Assembly (NCBI RefSeq): GCF_006345805.1
Contig: NC_042999.1
Coordinates: forward strand, 103,850,001-103,914,000
Origin: Octopus sinensis
Lineage: Eukaryota
DNA: 64,000 bases
Direction: 5' to 3'
Below are positions 63,275 through 64,000 of this stretch, piece by piece. Within the stretch, counting starts at the first letter, position 1. The number at the start of each line of letters is the position of its first letter. The position numbers were made by a program, and so were the translations under genes. The notes below the pieces were generated by a model, which ran no database searches, was not told the DNA's origin, and saw only the letters and a list, made by a program, of their open reading frames with translations.

Positions 63275-63409
63275 ATTTTGAGATGAGTTAATTTTATCTG
63301 TGAGGACTTCATTGGCCACTTTGAGCTCTTGGTTCACTTGGTTAGCATGATCTAAGTCCTGCTCCATTTTGGCAAGGTCTCTCTGGCTACACTTGATCTC
63401 CCGATTTGT
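63275..63409 (-). CDS. Coiled-coil protein gene, first exon visible in window (TNREIKCSQRDLAKMEQDLDHANQVNQELKVANEVLTDKINSSQN)
   Basis: Acceptor ttttcag|ACA, donor AAT|gtaagt; 135 nt, phase 0-0; no stops; heptad-like L/E/Q/K composition; joins next exon in frame. Confidence 0.9.
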
Positions 63410-63590
63410 CTGAAAATTTCAAGAGAAAAACTTTGAGTGTGACATGTGTGATTGAATTTCTGCTGAAGGGAATGGAAATTTCTGGAAATCACAAATTCAA
63501 CAGAAAAAGGATTTTCTACATTGATTATTTGATCTGTGAGAAATGGCTGCCACCTCAAATCATTAATTTCTTCATCACTGTCATCAACAT

Positions 63591-63752
63591 TTAAACCCTT
63601 TATCATTTAAAATGGCTATATCTGGCCAAAATTTTCTACTTGTTTTATGTTCAAACTGACCAGATCTGGTCTCTCACACCTACCCTACAACATCATTCTA
63701 AAACTAAGCAATCACATCATCAAAATCTGAAAGCTACAAGATAATGCAGGAT
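63591..63752. mobile_element. piggyBac-type MITE family B (reverse), partial
   Basis: TTAAACCCTTTATCATTTAAAATGGC..CCAGATCTGGTCTCTCACACCTACCC. Confidence 0.75.
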
Positions 63753-64000
63753 TAATCATTTATGCAATTGCTAGCAATAATAGTCCAAATCTTCTTCAAC
63801 CCAACTATCTTAGAAAAAAGGAAAAGACACACTGCATAATGTAGTCCAAGATACACTATTTCTGAAAAAATATGAGATGGTCTTAGTTGGAATATTTTTG
63901 ATTGCTAGTCTGCTAGACAACAATTAAACAAAAAATTGAAGTCTTGAATATTGGGGTTTTTGGGGTCTTTTTATTTGAATTTTCATAGATGCATGGTTTG

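Overview
AT-rich eukaryotic (animal) genomic DNA, packed with microsatellites and retroposons. The repeat families (tRNA-headed SINEs, RTE LINE tails ending in (GAT)n, TTAA-flanked MITEs) look like those I recall from Octopus genomes; this assignment is from memory and was not searched. The only real coding feature is the 3' part of one minus-strand gene. I assembled 12 GT-AG exons by hand (63409 down to 4169) that join in frame into 1620 nt (539 aa + stop). The protein is about 245 aa of coiled coil, then an S/P-rich disordered tail with a PxxPxR motif, a Q-rich tract and a C-terminal -IVDV. Its start lies beyond the right edge of the window and I cannot name it. Nearly all other ORF-track entries are microsatellite or repeat artefacts. 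There is a 100-N gap at 44608-44707. Most interesting observations: (1) an intact minimal Penelope-type hammerhead ribozyme at 58151-58185, with a decayed sister copy; (2) a tRNA-headed SINE-like element carrying half of the same kind of hammerhead; (3) a perfect 75-bp fold-back in an intron; (4) a head-to-tail stack of 7 SINEs behind the gene; (5) candidate frame-preserving microexons. Exon, hairpin, hammerhead and TIR coordinates were counted base by base; other repeat boundaries are approximate (about +/-20 bp).
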